The translations under genes and the position numbers were made by a program. Positions 15,923-15,956 of a DNA stretch of 15,956 nt are shown here, in pieces. The notes beneath the pieces are model-generated. The model saw only the letters and a list, made by a program, of their open reading frames with translations. It made no database searches and was not told where the DNA came from. Position 1 is the first letter of the stretch, and each line of letters begins with the position of its first letter. Location of the stretch: positions 1 to 15,956 of IMG/VR virus record IMGVR_UViG_2778261418_000011; one strand, written 5' to 3'. This DNA is from a virus (Duplodnaviria; Heunggongvirae; Uroviricota; Caudoviricetes).

Positions 15923-15956
15923 TGGTGGCCCTTGCTGGATTTGAACCAGCGACCTG
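15923..15956 (-). tRNA. tRNA 3' fragment (T-arm and acceptor end; resembles E. coli ileX-type tRNA-Ile2), truncated by the window edge
   Basis: Reverse complement ...GGTCGCTGGTTCAAATCCAGCAAGGGCCACCA gives a T-stem GCUGG/CCAGC, T-loop UUCAAAU, acceptor 3' strand and CCA. The anticodon is outside the window. Confidence 0.5.

Overview
This window is the late (morphogenesis and lysis) region of a lambdoid prophage from an E. coli-like enterobacterial host, with every supported gene on the minus strand. Read in the direction of transcription (high to low coordinates) it contains: a tightly packed tRNA array (15689-15956), a 365-bp non-coding spacer with terminators, a lysis cassette (two holin-like membrane proteins and an M15-peptidase endolysin), three small uncharacterised genes, an HNH endonuclease, small and large terminase, HK97-type portal, prohead protease and major capsid protein, head-tail connector proteins, and a lambda-type tail module (major tail V-like, G/G-T chaperone with a -1 frameshift, tape measure, M, and the start of L). 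All family assignments come from reading the translations and recalling family motifs; no database search was possible. I did not find a defence system, toxin cargo, CRISPR array or integrase. The least canonical parts, and the best candidates for anything new, are the small genes after the endolysin (a 37-aa membrane peptide and a 60-aa lipoprotein where spanins would be expected), a 60-aa membrane protein wedged between terminase and portal, a degenerate tRNA-like gene in the tRNA array, and several structured non-coding elements.
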